In this document: positions 43,551 to 54,422 of the stretch, one piece after another
Position numbering within the stretch: the stretch's first letter is position 1
How the letters are laid out: the number at the start of each line of letters is the position of its first letter
Assembly (NCBI GenBank): GCA_963833985.1
Contig: CAWIAD010000001.1
Location: 2,240,001 to 2,304,000 of the forward strand
Length of the DNA stretch: 64,000 bases
Direction of reading: 5' to 3'
Source of the DNA: an uncultured Planctomycetaceae bacterium
GTDB taxonomy: Bacteria > Planctomycetota > Planctomycetia > Isosphaerales > Isosphaeraceae
Notes under the pieces: model-generated
The model's input: only the letters and a program-made list of their open reading frames with translations
Told to the model about the DNA's origin: nothing
Database searches by the model: none
Program-made: the position numbers and the translations under genes

Positions 43551-44231
43551 GTGTCCGTGTCCAGTTACACGATCGAGGTGGTTGAATCGGCCCCCTTTGG
43601 CCAGAACGCCATGGTCCTCTGGCTAGAGGGCCGAACCGATGCCCTGGTGTTCGACCCCGGATTCGACACGCGCTCCATCCTTCAGCTCCTGGAGACCCGG
43701 CAGCTCGTGCCTGCCGCCATCCTGAACACACATGGCCACGTCGATCACATTGCAGGCAACGCGGCGATCAAGCAGGCGTATCCCCTTGCGCCGTTGATCA
43801 TTGGACGTAACGAGCGGGCTGCACTGTCCGACGCAGACATCAACCTCAGCCGGCCGTTCGGGATCCCGATTACCAGTCCTCCGCCGGATCGGCTCGTGGA
43901 CGAAGGCGAATCCATCGAGCTCGCCGGCTTCGTCCTGGAGGTCCGGGAGATCCCCGGCCATAGCACCGGCTCGGTGGTCTTTGTTTGCCACTCCCACAAG
44001 CCTGCGTTCGTCATCGGTGGCGACGTCCTGTTCGCCGGCTCGATCGGCAGGACCGACCTGGGGGGAGATTACCACCAGCTCATGTCCGGCATTTTCGCCA
44101 AGCTCATGACTCTTGCGGACGACACCCTCGTGTATCCCGGCCACGGGCCGGTCACGACCATTGGCGAGGAGCGGCACAGCAACCCTTTCCTTCTGGACTT
44201 CGCCCGGACCCAGCCGCGGCCACGCGCTTGA
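43551..44231 (+). CDS. MBL-fold metallo-hydrolase (YcbL/glyoxalase II-like)
   Basis: NTHGHVDHIAG, PGHSTG, GDVLFAGSIGRTD, VYPGHGPVTTIGEE..NPFL. Confidence 0.92.
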   Translation: MSVSSYTIEVVESAPFGQNAMVLWLEGRTDALVFDPGFDTRSILQLLETRQLVPAAILNTHGHVDHIAGNAAIKQAYPLAPLIIGRNERAALSDADINLSRPFGIPITSPPPDRLVDEGESIELAGFVLEVREIPGHSTGSVVFVCHSHKPAFVIGGDVLFAGSIGRTDLGGDYHQLMSGIFAKLMTLADDTLVYPGHGPVTTIGEERHSNPFLLDFARTQPRPRA

Positions 44232-44286
44232 CGAGGCGGTCCGCAACCGGCTTCCGCACCCAACCGACCCGAAGCACCAGGTGGTC

Positions 44287-44991
44287 ATGAACGTCTGGGC
44301 CATCTCCGACCTGCACCTCTCGTTCGCGCGTCCGGAGCCGCGCGAGCGCTATGCGGCGCGCTGGCGCGATCATGCCGCCAAGATCGAAGCGCAATGGCGG
44401 CTCGCCGTCGGGCCCGATGACCTGGTCTTGCTTCCTGGCGATCTGTCGATGGCTCGCAACCATCGCGATCTGCAACCAGACCTTGCGTGGCTGGACCAGC
44501 TCCCGGGTACGAAGGTTCTTTCCGCGGGAAACCATGACGGCTGGTGGAACGGCGTGCAGCAGATCCGCCCGCTGCTGCGCCAGTCGCTGTGCGCGGTGGG
44601 CGGCGATGCGCTCGAGGTCCGCGGCGTGATCGTCTGCGGTACCCGGGGCGTGGAGCCCACGGTGGAGGACCCGCCGCCCGAACAGCAAGCGCTCATCATG
44701 CACGAGCTGGGGGAGCTCGAGCGTGCCCTCGAACAGGCCAGTCAGCTTCGATCCGCTCCGCGGCAGCCGCTCTACCTGCTCTGGCACTACCCTCCATTCG
44801 ACACTTTCGGCCGGCCGGGCCCCTGGGTCCAGCGGTTCGAGGCGGCCGGCGTCACCGCATGCTTGTATGGGCATCTGCACATGGCCAGCCAGTGGTCGCG
44901 CACCGTGCAGGGGAACCTTCGCGGCGTGCGTTACTACTGCGTCGCTGCGGATGCCGTCGGCTTTCGCCCGCTGCGCATCGACGTCTGGTGA
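44287..44991 (+). CDS. Calcineurin-like metallophosphoesterase
   Basis: AISDLH, PGDLS, GNHD, HYPP, YGHLH. Confidence 0.9.
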   Translation: MNVWAISDLHLSFARPEPRERYAARWRDHAAKIEAQWRLAVGPDDLVLLPGDLSMARNHRDLQPDLAWLDQLPGTKVLSAGNHDGWWNGVQQIRPLLRQSLCAVGGDALEVRGVIVCGTRGVEPTVEDPPPEQQALIMHELGELERALEQASQLRSAPRQPLYLLWHYPPFDTFGRPGPWVQRFEAAGVTACLYGHLHMASQWSRTVQGNLRGVRYYCVAADAVGFRPLRIDVW

Positions 44992-45381
44992 GCCACGGAC
45001 TTTTCCCGTGCTGAACTCCCGAGGTCCCCGCGCAGGGAGTCAATCCCGGATCTCAGAAGTACCTGGCACCTCAATTCTGGGAAGGCAGGTATCACATCAC
45101 CGGTCACGACGGGTTCCGGACTTGCTGGAATTGCGCCGAGGCTCATGGTAAACGATGTTGACTCCGACCCGCTGATTCGACGGCCAGTCGGCGAACAAAG
45201 ACTCGCCAGCCGGAATGCCAACTGGACTTCCCTTTTTTACAAAGGTGACCCGAAAAGGAGTGGCCGGGTTGACATCTCTTTCCAAAAGCGATAACGCCGT
45301 GAAAACGAACCGGAAACCCGGAAAAAAAAGGGCCGCAAGGGTTTATGATCTGACATGAGGCCCCCGTGAAAGCTCCGGCAT

Positions 45382-45407
45382 GGAATGTGCTCTTATTCTA
45401 TATCGTT
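45382..45407 (+). promoter_or_regulatory. Possible ECF-sigma promoter for the second csrA
   Basis: GGAAT-N17-CGTT about 60 nt upstream of ATG 45468. Confidence 0.3.
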
Positions 45408-45467
45408 GGTCAAAATGAAGGTCGACAGGACCTTTCCCACAGATTTTACGACAACCGGGAGACTCTC

Positions 45468-45656
45468 ATGCTGGTTCTGAGCAGGAAGCTAGGCGAGAAG
45501 ATCGTCATCGGTGACAATATCGTGATCACCGTGGTCAAGATTGACCGGAACCAGATTCGCGTGGGCATCGAAGCGCCGCACGATGTTCCGGTGTACCGTG
45601 AGGAAATCGCACCGCAGCGTACCGGCAAGGCCGCGTTCGAGGAGCTGGCGGTCTGA
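45468..45656 (+). CDS. csrA: Carbon storage regulator CsrA paralog (short)
   Basis: MLVLSRKLGEKIVIGDNIVITVVKIDRNQIRVGIEAPHDVPVYREEI. Confidence 0.92.
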   Translation: MLVLSRKLGEKIVIGDNIVITVVKIDRNQIRVGIEAPHDVPVYREEIAPQRTGKAAFEELAV

Positions 45657-45698
45657 CGCAAAGCGTGCCGGTGGTGAGCACCCACACGATCGCGCCCA

Positions 45699-46574
45699 TC
45701 ACTCGGGCCACACGCTGCTGAGTGCCGCCTTGACCTTTCGGGCGGCCGCATTGGCGTCCAATCCCGCGAGTGCGCCACATTGACTCAGCGGCTCAACGGT
45801 GATGGGGCCCGCATATTCATCCCTCCCGAGACTCTCCAGTAAATCGCGACACCTGCCCATGCCGGTCCTCGACGGCAAGTCGCGTTCATGATCGAGCAGA
45901 ACATTTCGGTCTGACCTGGCCGGATCGGCCAGGTGCACCCAGACCACTCGATCCACACCCCAGATCAGGCCAGTCTCCACCCCATCTCCCGAGGCAAACA
46001 GGTGGAACGCGTCCACGAGTAGACCCACATTCGGATGTCTCTCGCGCAGCCGGCCAAGTCGGTCAGAGAGCCGTCGATAGCTATCGATAAAGATCATCCC
46101 GCGTCCCTGCCGCGCCGTGGCCGGGCCCATGATCTCCAGGCCGAGCTGAACGTTATGTTCCGCCAGGACCATGGCGATCCTGCCCAGCCTGTCCAGGTGC
46201 ATCTCGACGGCCTGCCGCAGGATCTCGGCATCGTTCCTACCGGGAAACTGCTCCATTGAGGCCGCGGGCAGCACCCACGTACCGGTTCGCATCAGGCCGA
46301 GCTCCGCAGCAACCTGCGCGTAGAGCGGTAATCGGCTCAAGTCTTCCGTGAACGCCAGCTCTCCGTGCCGCCAGTTCATCGGTAGAGGCCAGGCGCCCCC
46401 GCGCAGGCCCAGCGCGTCCATTCGATCCCGCAGGCGGCACGGATCTTCACCGGATTCGACAAGGTCGCGAACCAGCAAGTCAACCCCCTGAAATCCTGCC
46501 CGGGCGGCGATTTCGACCGTATCGCTCGCAGGCAGGCTCACCCCCACGGCACGTGCGTTCCAGGAGGCATACAT
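45699..46574 (-). CDS. Sugar phosphate isomerase/epimerase (xylose isomerase-like TIM barrel)
   Basis: AGFQGVD, LGLEIMG, LLVDAFH, VHLAD, YAGPITVEP. Confidence 0.85.
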   Translation of the reverse strand: MYASWNARAVGVSLPASDTVEIAARAGFQGVDLLVRDLVESGEDPCRLRDRMDALGLRGGAWPLPMNWRHGELAFTEDLSRLPLYAQVAAELGLMRTGTWVLPAASMEQFPGRNDAEILRQAVEMHLDRLGRIAMVLAEHNVQLGLEIMGPATARQGRGMIFIDSYRRLSDRLGRLRERHPNVGLLVDAFHLFASGDGVETGLIWGVDRVVWVHLADPARSDRNVLLDHERDLPSRTGMGRCRDLLESLGRDEYAGPITVEPLSQCGALAGLDANAAARKVKAALSSVWPE

Positions 46575-46888
46575 GGGCACCGTTCCATTCCGTGTGCGAT
46601 TCCGCTCAGATCGGCGAGACTGCCTCGTCCGTCGCGGATTTTAAGCAGTTACGGCGGACGGCGCACAGGCGGTTGCGGATCGCGACGTGCGATCCTGACG
46701 CCTGCAAGGAACGTTTCGGCGGCAGGGCAGGTCGCTTCAGGTGCCAGTCGTCCTACCCCTTGGCGCAGGCTCTGGAAAGGAACAGAATTCATCTTTCCCT
46801 GCGGCTCGGCAGGAAACCGATGGGAAGGTCAGTCCGGGCGCGGAACCTTCAACGGTTTCCACGGGCCAGGATGCGAGGCAACGTGGTG

Positions 46889-49642
46889 ATGCTGGCAACC
46901 TGGATCGAGACGGCGGCGAAGGGCCGGGGTGGCGGCCCGATCCGGGCCGGCATGTGGTCAGCAGCGGTGATCGGGACGCACCCCGTCGAGGACAATCAGC
47001 GGGTCTGGCTGGAGATCCTTGCCGACGACCTCGATCTGGGCCGCATCCCGGCCTACTGGATCGAGAACAAGGCGGGCAACAGCTTCTGGCACGCACCCAT
47101 TCCGCCGCAGGCTGTCGGTGTACGGCTGCATTACCGCTCTGTTGCCGAACACGAGGGTCAAGACACAGCCTTCAGTGCCCACCAGGACTCGATCGTGCGG
47201 CCCAACCTGCCGGACCGCACCGAGTCTCCCGATCTGCTCGGTGCAGCCGCTGAGGGACTGGTCGGCAACCGGATGATGACCGTCCGTATTGATGGCCGCG
47301 GCTCGACCTACGACGTCTATTTCCCGACCGTGGGATTGCATTCCAATGTCCGGCCCCGGGAGGGCGACCTGCCTCAGAGCCGCTCGCACTTTCGGGCCAT
47401 CGTGGGCGGCCTGGCCATCGGCCGCCGGCTCGACTGGTTCACCGAGCGTGCCGCCTGGGATTCGTTCCAGAACTACTCGGGAGTGACCAATCTCCTGACG
47501 ACCGAGCTCACCTGGCGACACGGGCCGATCCGGGTCCTGATCACCGACTTCGTGGCCATGGGCGAGAATATTCCCAGGAATGCCGGTCGCGAGCAATCCC
47601 CGGGGCAGTACATCAAGCGTTTCCGGATCACCAACGAGGGGAGTGAGCTGCGCCAGGCCATGATTGCCGTCTACGTCCAGGCCGAAATCAATGGCGGCGT
47701 GGGCGATATTGGGCTCTCCTGGCACGACCAGTACCGCGCCCTGCTGGCCATCAACCGCGGCCACGGCCACTCCAATCGGAAGCTGGCACGCGATTCCACC
47801 ATCGAGTTCTCGCTGGCTCTCGACCCCCGGGGCGACGTGGACTGCGAGCCAACCGGCCCGAACGAGGCCATCCTCTACCGCTGGATCGAACTACCCGCCG
47901 GGAAGCCGATTTCCGTCGATCTTCTGGTCAGCGGCGCCTTCACCGGGTGGAATGGCGATCGGGGCACCTTCGAGCACTGGCTAAGGCCAGCGCTCACGTG
48001 GTTTCGGGCCCCCGAAACCGACCTGAACCACGTTGAGCAAACCACGGCCCTGGAATGGGATCGCTTCGTCGAGCCGGTTCCCGATCTGCACTTCCCGCGC
48101 GCCTCGTACGCCGTCAGCCTGCGTCGTTCCGCCCTCGCGGCCGCGCTGCATGCGGACTCCGAGCATGGGGCTGTGGCCTCGGGGCTGGATCGCGGGCTCT
48201 CGGCCTATTGCTGGCCGCGCGATGCCCTCTGGGTCGGTGGCGCCATGGAACGACTGGGCCATTCCGAGATCAGCCGCGGCGTGCTGCTCTGGCTGAACAA
48301 GGTCCGCTCCGCGCACCTCCCGTTCCTCTACTGGTTCCAGAAGTACTCCATTGACGGCGTTCCCGAATGGGAAGCTCCCGCCATTGACCAGACGGCGATG
48401 ATTCCCTGGAGCCTGGAACGCTACTATCGTCAGACAGGAGACCTGGATTTCGTTTCCAGCGTGTGGCCCATGGTTGAGCAGGCAGCGCGCGTGTGCCAGG
48501 GCGACTCCGGCGGCCATCCCGGCCTGCGCATGGACGGTACGCTCAACCTGATCTACTCCGCGAGCATGGGCGATCAGATCTTCGGCGCCTTCCTCTACTC
48601 CAACGCCTGCGTGGTAGCCGGTCTGCGGGCGGCGGCCAGGATGGCCACCCTGGTTGGCAGGGAGGAGACGGGCAAGCAGTGGCAGGCCTTCGCCGAGCGG
48701 ATCTGGAGCCAGGGGATACTCCGGGAGCCGTCGACTTCCGGCCACAATTCTCCCGGCATGGTCGATCCGGAATCCGGGCGGTTTCTCAGCGGCCGCAGCA
48801 TCTCCATGCTCCGCGACCTCTGGACGAGCCATCCCGATTACTCGCTGGACCGTTCCGACAAGCTCAAGGTCAGCATGCTCGGCCTGGCCGTACCGCTGGG
48901 TCTCTTGCCGGCGTCGGACCCGCGCCTGGTGAAGACCGCGCAGTCGATTCTGCGCTCCAACAACAAGGTCAGCGGCGATCCCGACGTGCTTGCCCGCTCC
49001 TCTTACGAGCCCAACCCTGGCGGGCTGAAATCGCTCTCCCACGTGCAGCAGGAGGTCTCCAGCCTGGCGACCTTCTGGATGGTTCGCTACCTGCTCCAGC
49101 TTGGCCGGGAGACCGGTCAGGGCCGGCACTGGAACAGGGCCATCGCCATGATCGAGGCCATCCTCACGCGAATGTCCCCCCTGGGCATGGTCCTCCGCCC
49201 CACCGGCCGGGGCCCGGAATCCGCGCGAGTGGTGGCGAATCCGGGTGGTAACGCCTGGCGGCTGCACGCCATGCTCATCAACACCATGCTCGATCTGGGC
49301 GGACTGGAGTATGACGCGGTCGATCGCCGGCTCACGCTTCAGCCGATCCTGCCGGGGCCCTGGCCTCAAACCGGCATCTCGCGGACATTCCCTTGCGGCA
49401 AGATCTCGTTCCGCCTGGAGCGTCCCATCGGCGGCAATGTCCACCGCCTGCGACTGGAGGCAGACCTCACCGTCCCGGTGATGCTCCATGTCAAGATGAC
49501 CTGCCCCGGCCTTGCCGAGATCGGGCCCTGGCACTCCACGCCCGCCACGCAGGATCCGAAATTCGACGCGGGGACCAGCAGACTATGCTGGTCGGTGCGC
49601 CTCCCCTTCGGCATCTCCGAGTGGAGCTGGACCTGGGGATGA
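46889..49642 (+). CDS. Glycoside hydrolase family 15-related (glucoamylase-like) protein
   Basis: LVGNRMM..VYFPTVG N-terminal domain; YCWPRDALW; FQKYSIDG; IDQTA; YSNACVVAGL. Confidence 0.75.
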   Translation: MLATWIETAAKGRGGGPIRAGMWSAAVIGTHPVEDNQRVWLEILADDLDLGRIPAYWIENKAGNSFWHAPIPPQAVGVRLHYRSVAEHEGQDTAFSAHQDSIVRPNLPDRTESPDLLGAAAEGLVGNRMMTVRIDGRGSTYDVYFPTVGLHSNVRPREGDLPQSRSHFRAIVGGLAIGRRLDWFTERAAWDSFQNYSGVTNLLTTELTWRHGPIRVLITDFVAMGENIPRNAGREQSPGQYIKRFRITNEGSELRQAMIAVYVQAEINGGVGDIGLSWHDQYRALLAINRGHGHSNRKLARDSTIEFSLALDPRGDVDCEPTGPNEAILYRWIELPAGKPISVDLLVSGAFTGWNGDRGTFEHWLRPALTWFRAPETDLNHVEQTTALEWDRFVEPVPDLHFPRASYAVSLRRSALAAALHADSEHGAVASGLDRGLSAYCWPRDALWVGGAMERLGHSEISRGVLLWLNKVRSAHLPFLYWFQKYSIDGVPEWEAPAIDQTAMIPWSLERYYRQTGDLDFVSSVWPMVEQAARVCQGDSGGHPGLRMDGTLNLIYSASMGDQIFGAFLYSNACVVAGLRAAARMATLVGREETGKQWQAFAERIWSQGILREPSTSGHNSPGMVDPESGRFLSGRSISMLRDLWTSHPDYSLDRSDKLKVSMLGLAVPLGLLPASDPRLVKTAQSILRSNNKVSGDPDVLARSSYEPNPGGLKSLSHVQQEVSSLATFWMVRYLLQLGRETGQGRHWNRAIAMIEAILTRMSPLGMVLRPTGRGPESARVVANPGGNAWRLHAMLINTMLDLGGLEYDAVDRRLTLQPILPGPWPQTGISRTFPCGKISFRLERPIGGNVHRLRLEADLTVPVMLHVKMTCPGLAEIGPWHSTPATQDPKFDAGTSRLCWSVRLPFGISEWSWTWG

Positions 49643-49657
49643 CATGGCCGGCACGGC

Positions 49658-50485
49658 TCACGGACCCAGTGGCAGTGGGCGGCTCAGAAAATCGGCCAGA
49701 GCGCCGGCACTTTGCCGGGCCGCGTGGTTCGCGGGAAACCAGCACCCCCGGACCCGCCCGCGGAGAACGACCCCTTTTTCCAGCTCGTGGCCGAACAGCC
49801 CGTAGCGAACCTGAAGCGGCAGCTCTGCGCTCTCGGCGTGACCTGGAGGTGCGACGCAAATCCTCCGGGCGACATCGTGCGGATGGACCAGCTCCAGGTA
49901 GCGGTAGGTTGAACCGGCATGTCGCCCCTGCATGACCACCTGTTCGAAACCAGGCTCGCCGGGACGGAGAGGCGGCAGGGTATGCAGCCGGGCCAGCTCG
50001 TCGGGCGGCGTACGGCCATCATAGCTCAGTCCGGCCGAACGCGCGTCACGCGGTCTCACCCAGAGCAAGAGCGAGCCGGCCGGCGCGTCCGCCGCGCCGC
50101 TCAGCGACGTTTCGACGAACACTTCGAGCCCGATCAACTCGCCAATCGAAGAGGTTACGACCTGAACCTCCAGATCGATGCCCTCGCGCCCGTTGCTTGC
50201 GGGGGCCCACGCGGCGCGTAGCTCCAGTCGGCTCCAGTCGCATGGGATGTACGTTGCCTCGATCCGCTGCCCGACCCGCTCCACCCGGACCAGCGACCTG
50301 CCACCGATCGCGCCGGCGTCGCATCGGCCGGCGACGGACAGTGCGCCCATGGCCAGGGCATGTTCCTCCGGCCGCGTCGCCGGCCTCAGCCCGGGACGCT
50401 CGGCATCGAGCTGGAGCGTCCAGGACTCCTCACCCCACGTGATCGTGTAGCTGGCTCCCGAACCTTGCCAGATCTGCTCCGACAC
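49658..50485 (-). CDS. Conserved hypothetical protein
   Basis: Long ORF with RBS GAAGGGGGA before GTG; motifs SYDGR, HPHDVARR, YGLFGHELEKGVVLRGRVRG. Confidence 0.65.
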   Translation of the reverse strand: MSEQIWQGSGASYTITWGEESWTLQLDAERPGLRPATRPEEHALAMGALSVAGRCDAGAIGGRSLVRVERVGQRIEATYIPCDWSRLELRAAWAPASNGREGIDLEVQVVTSSIGELIGLEVFVETSLSGAADAPAGSLLLWVRPRDARSAGLSYDGRTPPDELARLHTLPPLRPGEPGFEQVVMQGRHAGSTYRYLELVHPHDVARRICVAPPGHAESAELPLQVRYGLFGHELEKGVVLRGRVRGCWFPANHAARQSAGALADFLSRPLPLGP

Positions 50486-50520
50486 GCGGATGTTCCCCCT
50501 TCTCGGGCGACAGGACAAAG

Positions 50521-50561
50521 CAGAAAACCCCATCGACCCGTATGACTACGGATCGACGGGG
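50521..50561 (-). terminator. Intrinsic terminator
   Basis: Minus-strand RNA CCCCGUCGAUCCGUA-GUCA-UACGGGUCGAUGGGG-UUUUCUG; 15 bp, and both non-Watson-Crick positions are G-U only on the minus strand. Confidence 0.75.
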
Positions 50562-50652
50562 CCGGAACAGAGAAGAGGCCATATGAACGAAGCCGATGCT
50601 TCGGCGGGCCGGAGAGGCATCAGACCATATCGCTTCACGGCCAGCATAGATA

Positions 50653-50680
50653 AAAGTATCCAATGTCCTTGTGTTGTCAA
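50653..50680 (-). promoter_or_regulatory. Putative sigma70 promoter
   Basis: Minus strand TTGACA-N16-TACTTT in an AT-rich patch. Confidence 0.55.
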
Positions 50681-50783
50681 GGGGCTGGCACTGCTCTGAA
50701 CATTTTTCTGCTCGTGGCGCTCGCTCTTGCCAACTTGTTTCGCGAACCTCGACTCGCGTCTCGACCGCGGTCACGAGACCGCT

Positions 50784-53680
50784 TCAGCGGGTCATCCGGG
50801 CTATCCGGAAACGATGCGGGCCAGCAGCCGTGACGCGCGGAAACTGGTAGTAGTGCGCCTCGGTGTCGCGCGGACTGATCAGGAAGCCTGGCTCCTCCCG
50901 CACATGAAGCCGTGTACCCCCGGGCACCGGTTCAATCGTGTCCAGCGTCCAGGCCCGGCTGGTGCCGTCCGCGTGATCGATGATCAACGTTCTGCCGGCA
51001 AGCGAAGGGTCGTCATGCAGCTTTTCCGGAGTAACGAACCAGCCCAGACTGTGAGGCCCCGGTGCGCGAACACCCGACGTGATCGTGCCTGCGACGGGCG
51101 CCTGCCAGACGACACGCCCCGAGCCCTCGGCGAAAGTGCCTCCCGCCAGCGCCAGCTCGTCCTCGCGCACTCGCACCGCCAGGCCGTCGAACGAGACAAA
51201 TCGCCCGCCAGGAAGCGCGACGCGGCGGGTTGTTCCCGGCTCGAGGTTGATCATCACATACTCCAGGCCGTCGCCCGTTTCCACCCGCAAGGCAACAACA
51301 TCCGGAGGCGTGGAGACCCGGCCAACACCGCGGAGCGGCTCGATGCCAGCACCCGCCGGCTCGAACAGGGTCACAAAGCACGATTTCAGACTGGCTCCCT
51401 GAGCCCCTGCTCGCCGCACGATGAGGCTCGACCGCCAGGGCTCAGCGCCCGCCTTGCGGCCCGCCTGGCCAGCCCGGGTCGGGTCCGGACTCTCAGCCGC
51501 GATCAGGGTGACGGACGTGTCGCCGAGCAGGTGCAAGCGGACCGTCGCCGCGCCGTCGCGCCGGGACGACGATGCGCCCGGGGAGGGCGGAAGGGCAAGA
51601 TCAACCATACCAGGCACTGCAAGGCTCGTTTGCGCGAGCGGCCGGAACTCGCCGTACGACTGGACGAACCAGCGTCCCGTATCGGCCCGGGCTTCGGGCA
51701 GAAAAGTGATGGACGCGGGGAGCAGGCTGCGCGGAACCGGAGCGACCGGGCCGGGCAGGATCCAGGTCTCTTCGCGTCCCGGCGCCGCGTGGAAGAACTG
51801 ATCGTGCTGCGACCCGCCGTGCACCTCGAACACCGAGATCGCGTAGGTCGAGCGCCGGCTGGCCGTCGCGATCACGGTGTGGCGATACCGCGTCGCCGAG
51901 CGCGGATAGCGCGCGGATCCTCGGCGCTTGCAACCTGGAAGTCAGGGTCGGCCGCGAAGAACAGGAACCGGCTGCCGGCCGCCGGCGTGTGAGCCAGGCG
52001 GGGGGTCTCGCGCTGGTTGAGCCCGTCGATGACCACCGTGTTGTGACTGGCCGTCGCCAGCTCCCAGCCTCGGGAAGTGGCGCTGTTCTCGTCCAGATCA
52101 TCCAGAACCGGTGTGCCCGCCACGGCCAGCCGCAGCGCCAGTCGCTGGAAATGCGGCCCGCCGTAAGTATCCAGACCGCGCAGATCCAGATCGAGTGCCG
52201 TCCTGCCCTGGCCCAGGGCGAGCCGGGCCACGCCAGCCCCACCCAGAAACAGCGGGCGGCGGGCGGCCGCAGTGGCTCCAGACCTCCAGGAAGCCTGCCG
52301 GAGCTGAGGATCCTGCGTCCCCATGCTCTTCATGCCGCTGGCCGATTGGGCCAGTTCCAAGAACGAATGGCCCGGGCCCGCTGGCAATCGCCCGGCCGAG
52401 GGCTGCGCGGTCGCCCCGGCACGCGCAGCTTCTGGAGATTCCAGTTCCATGAACGGCATCACGCCCACCCAGCCGTCCAGCAGATCGACCACCCGGCGCT
52501 GCGCCTGGCTCTGGGCCTCACGCCACATGCCGTCGTGGTAGAAGCTCCTGCGCAGGAAGCCATCAAGCCGGGATCGCGCTTCGATCACCAGCGCCTGCTC
52601 GCCGGTCAACCGTCCCACGGCGACCAGTCCCCGGTAAACGTGCAACGATTCCTCCGAGAACTCCTCCGGCTGGGCCCGCGTGAACTCGGCCGCGGCACGC
52701 AGGAAGTCGCGCTCGACCGTCTTGCAGGGCGCAGGATCTTCAAGCAGCCTGCCGGCGTCACTCCATGCAGGATCCTGGCGCAGCAGGGCATAGGCGATGA
52801 GCAGGTTCATCGGCACATCGAGGCAGCCTTTCCACTCCCACTTTCCTGTCTGGTAATTTCGCCGGTAAGGCGGTTGCAGCCGCGCGGGCTGGAAGTACTT
52901 CGGGCCGTCCGGCTGATCCAGATGCGTGGCGTAGGCGGGATAGACCTGGGCGAACCTGAGCATCAGAACGCAGGCCCGCAGGGCGAGCATGTGATCGCGG
53001 GCCGCTGGCGGCTGGGCCCGGTACTCGGCAGCGGCGTAGAGCGCGGCCTTCGCCAGGTACTTGCGCTTCTCGTAGTCAATTCTCGCCTGAAGGTAAAGCC
53101 GCTCATCGGGATAGCGCGTCTTGCCTTCCTCGACGGCATGGTAGGGGTAATGATGGATGAGCCCCGGGAGCACCTCGACGGTCTCCTCGGGCGGTTCTTT
53201 CTTGTCGCCCTTGGCCGGATACTTGCCGTTGGGAACAACCACCCCACAGCGCCGGCATTTGAGGTGAGCGGGCTCCGCCAGCGACCAGACCAGTGGTTCG
53301 TCACGCTCGGCGGCCCCGCAGTCTGGGCAGCGGCAGAATCGCAGACCGGACTGAGCCGGAACCAGATCGGCGAGCGGCTTTGGCTGAAGCTTCAGGAAGG
53401 CTTGCCCGCCGGGACTGGCCCAGAAGCGGGCCCGCCACGCGGCCGGTATCTCGGTCTTGCCCAGCAGATCGTCCGTCGCGGTAGTGGACGGGGCGGCTGG
53501 AGGAGGGGCTGCGAGCCCGGCCGGAAGGACCGGTAGAAAAGAGTGGATGAGAACGACGAGCCAGCGGCATCGCGCCCGGGACCTGGCCCGGGGCTGATTC
53601 GCGATCACGCGAGCGCCCTGCCGGCAGCCCGCGCGAATCCCTTTGACGCTGCACGTTCCATCGTTTGGCATGGCGAGCAT
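50784..53680 (-). CDS. Heparinase II/III family-like secreted protein; frameshift at ~51909
   Basis: FYHDGMWRE; WELATASHNTVVIDGLNQ; restoring one base gives DPRAYPRSATRYRHTVI, leading into FEVHGGSQHD; N-terminal CxCxxC..CxxC. Start uncertain. Confidence 0.7.
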
Positions 53681-53726
53681 TCCATTGCCGGGATGAGGCA
53701 GGCAGCCGCCTCACGCGAACCTTCGA

Positions 53727-54023
53727 TCAAACTTCAGGGCTTGCTTCCCCCACGGGCACGAGCTCCGTGTCCTTGCGGCCGTGCTGGAGCAGGAAGAGAG
53801 ACACTTGGCCGACGCTCTCGCCATCGGCCAGCCGCAGCCCATCGCGGTTGCGGCGTGCCCGGTCGAGCTGCGCATTGCGATGGACCTCACAGGCCAGCCC
53901 GTAGTTCTTCAGCTCACGACTCGTGCCATCGCTCCAGGCCGCGGCCACCTTGAACCGGGCCGGCTCCTGGCAGCCGGGATGCGAGCACCTGGGACGATAG
54001 CAGAAGTTGAGTGGCTCGGCCAT
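53727..54023 (-). CDS. Small hypothetical protein with CX4C..CX2H motif (paralog of 28228..28518)
   Basis: CSHPGC..FKVAAAWSDG..ELKNYGLACEVH. Confidence 0.75.
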   Translation of the reverse strand: MAEPLNFCYRPRCSHPGCQEPARFKVAAAWSDGTSRELKNYGLACEVHRNAQLDRARRNRDGLRLADGESVGQVSLFLLQHGRKDTELVPVGEASPEV

Positions 54024-54422
54024 GTCTGCCCCCTTTGATTTTACAGCAGAGCGAAAGCGCACCATGACGCGGCGACGCACCCGCGCGCTTCCGATAAGTC
54101 TACCCCGCACGAACCGACGGCGATCGTACCCCCTGCTCCCAGAAGTGGCAACCGCCCAGCGTTCCCACCGCATGAAGCACTCACGAGCTGCAAGGAAGCA
54201 GAAACGGCGAGGAACGTACAGGCAATCAGGACGATATGGCACGCTCTCGCGTACCGGGTACGCCTCGGCACGCAGGGCGAGTCTGCCCGACGTGGACACT
54301 TCTCTGTTCGGACCGGCGTTCCACGTCCTGGGCAAGGCGGCGCAACGGTTCAGGTGCAAGGGGCCAGGCACCGCGCGGGAAGCTGGATTCACGCGGACGA
54401 AGTCCCAGCGGGTACCTATGCA

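Noticed and set aside
54041..54271. Small hydrophobic Cys-containing ORF
   Set aside because: No clear RBS or motif; it cannot be distinguished from a chance ORF.
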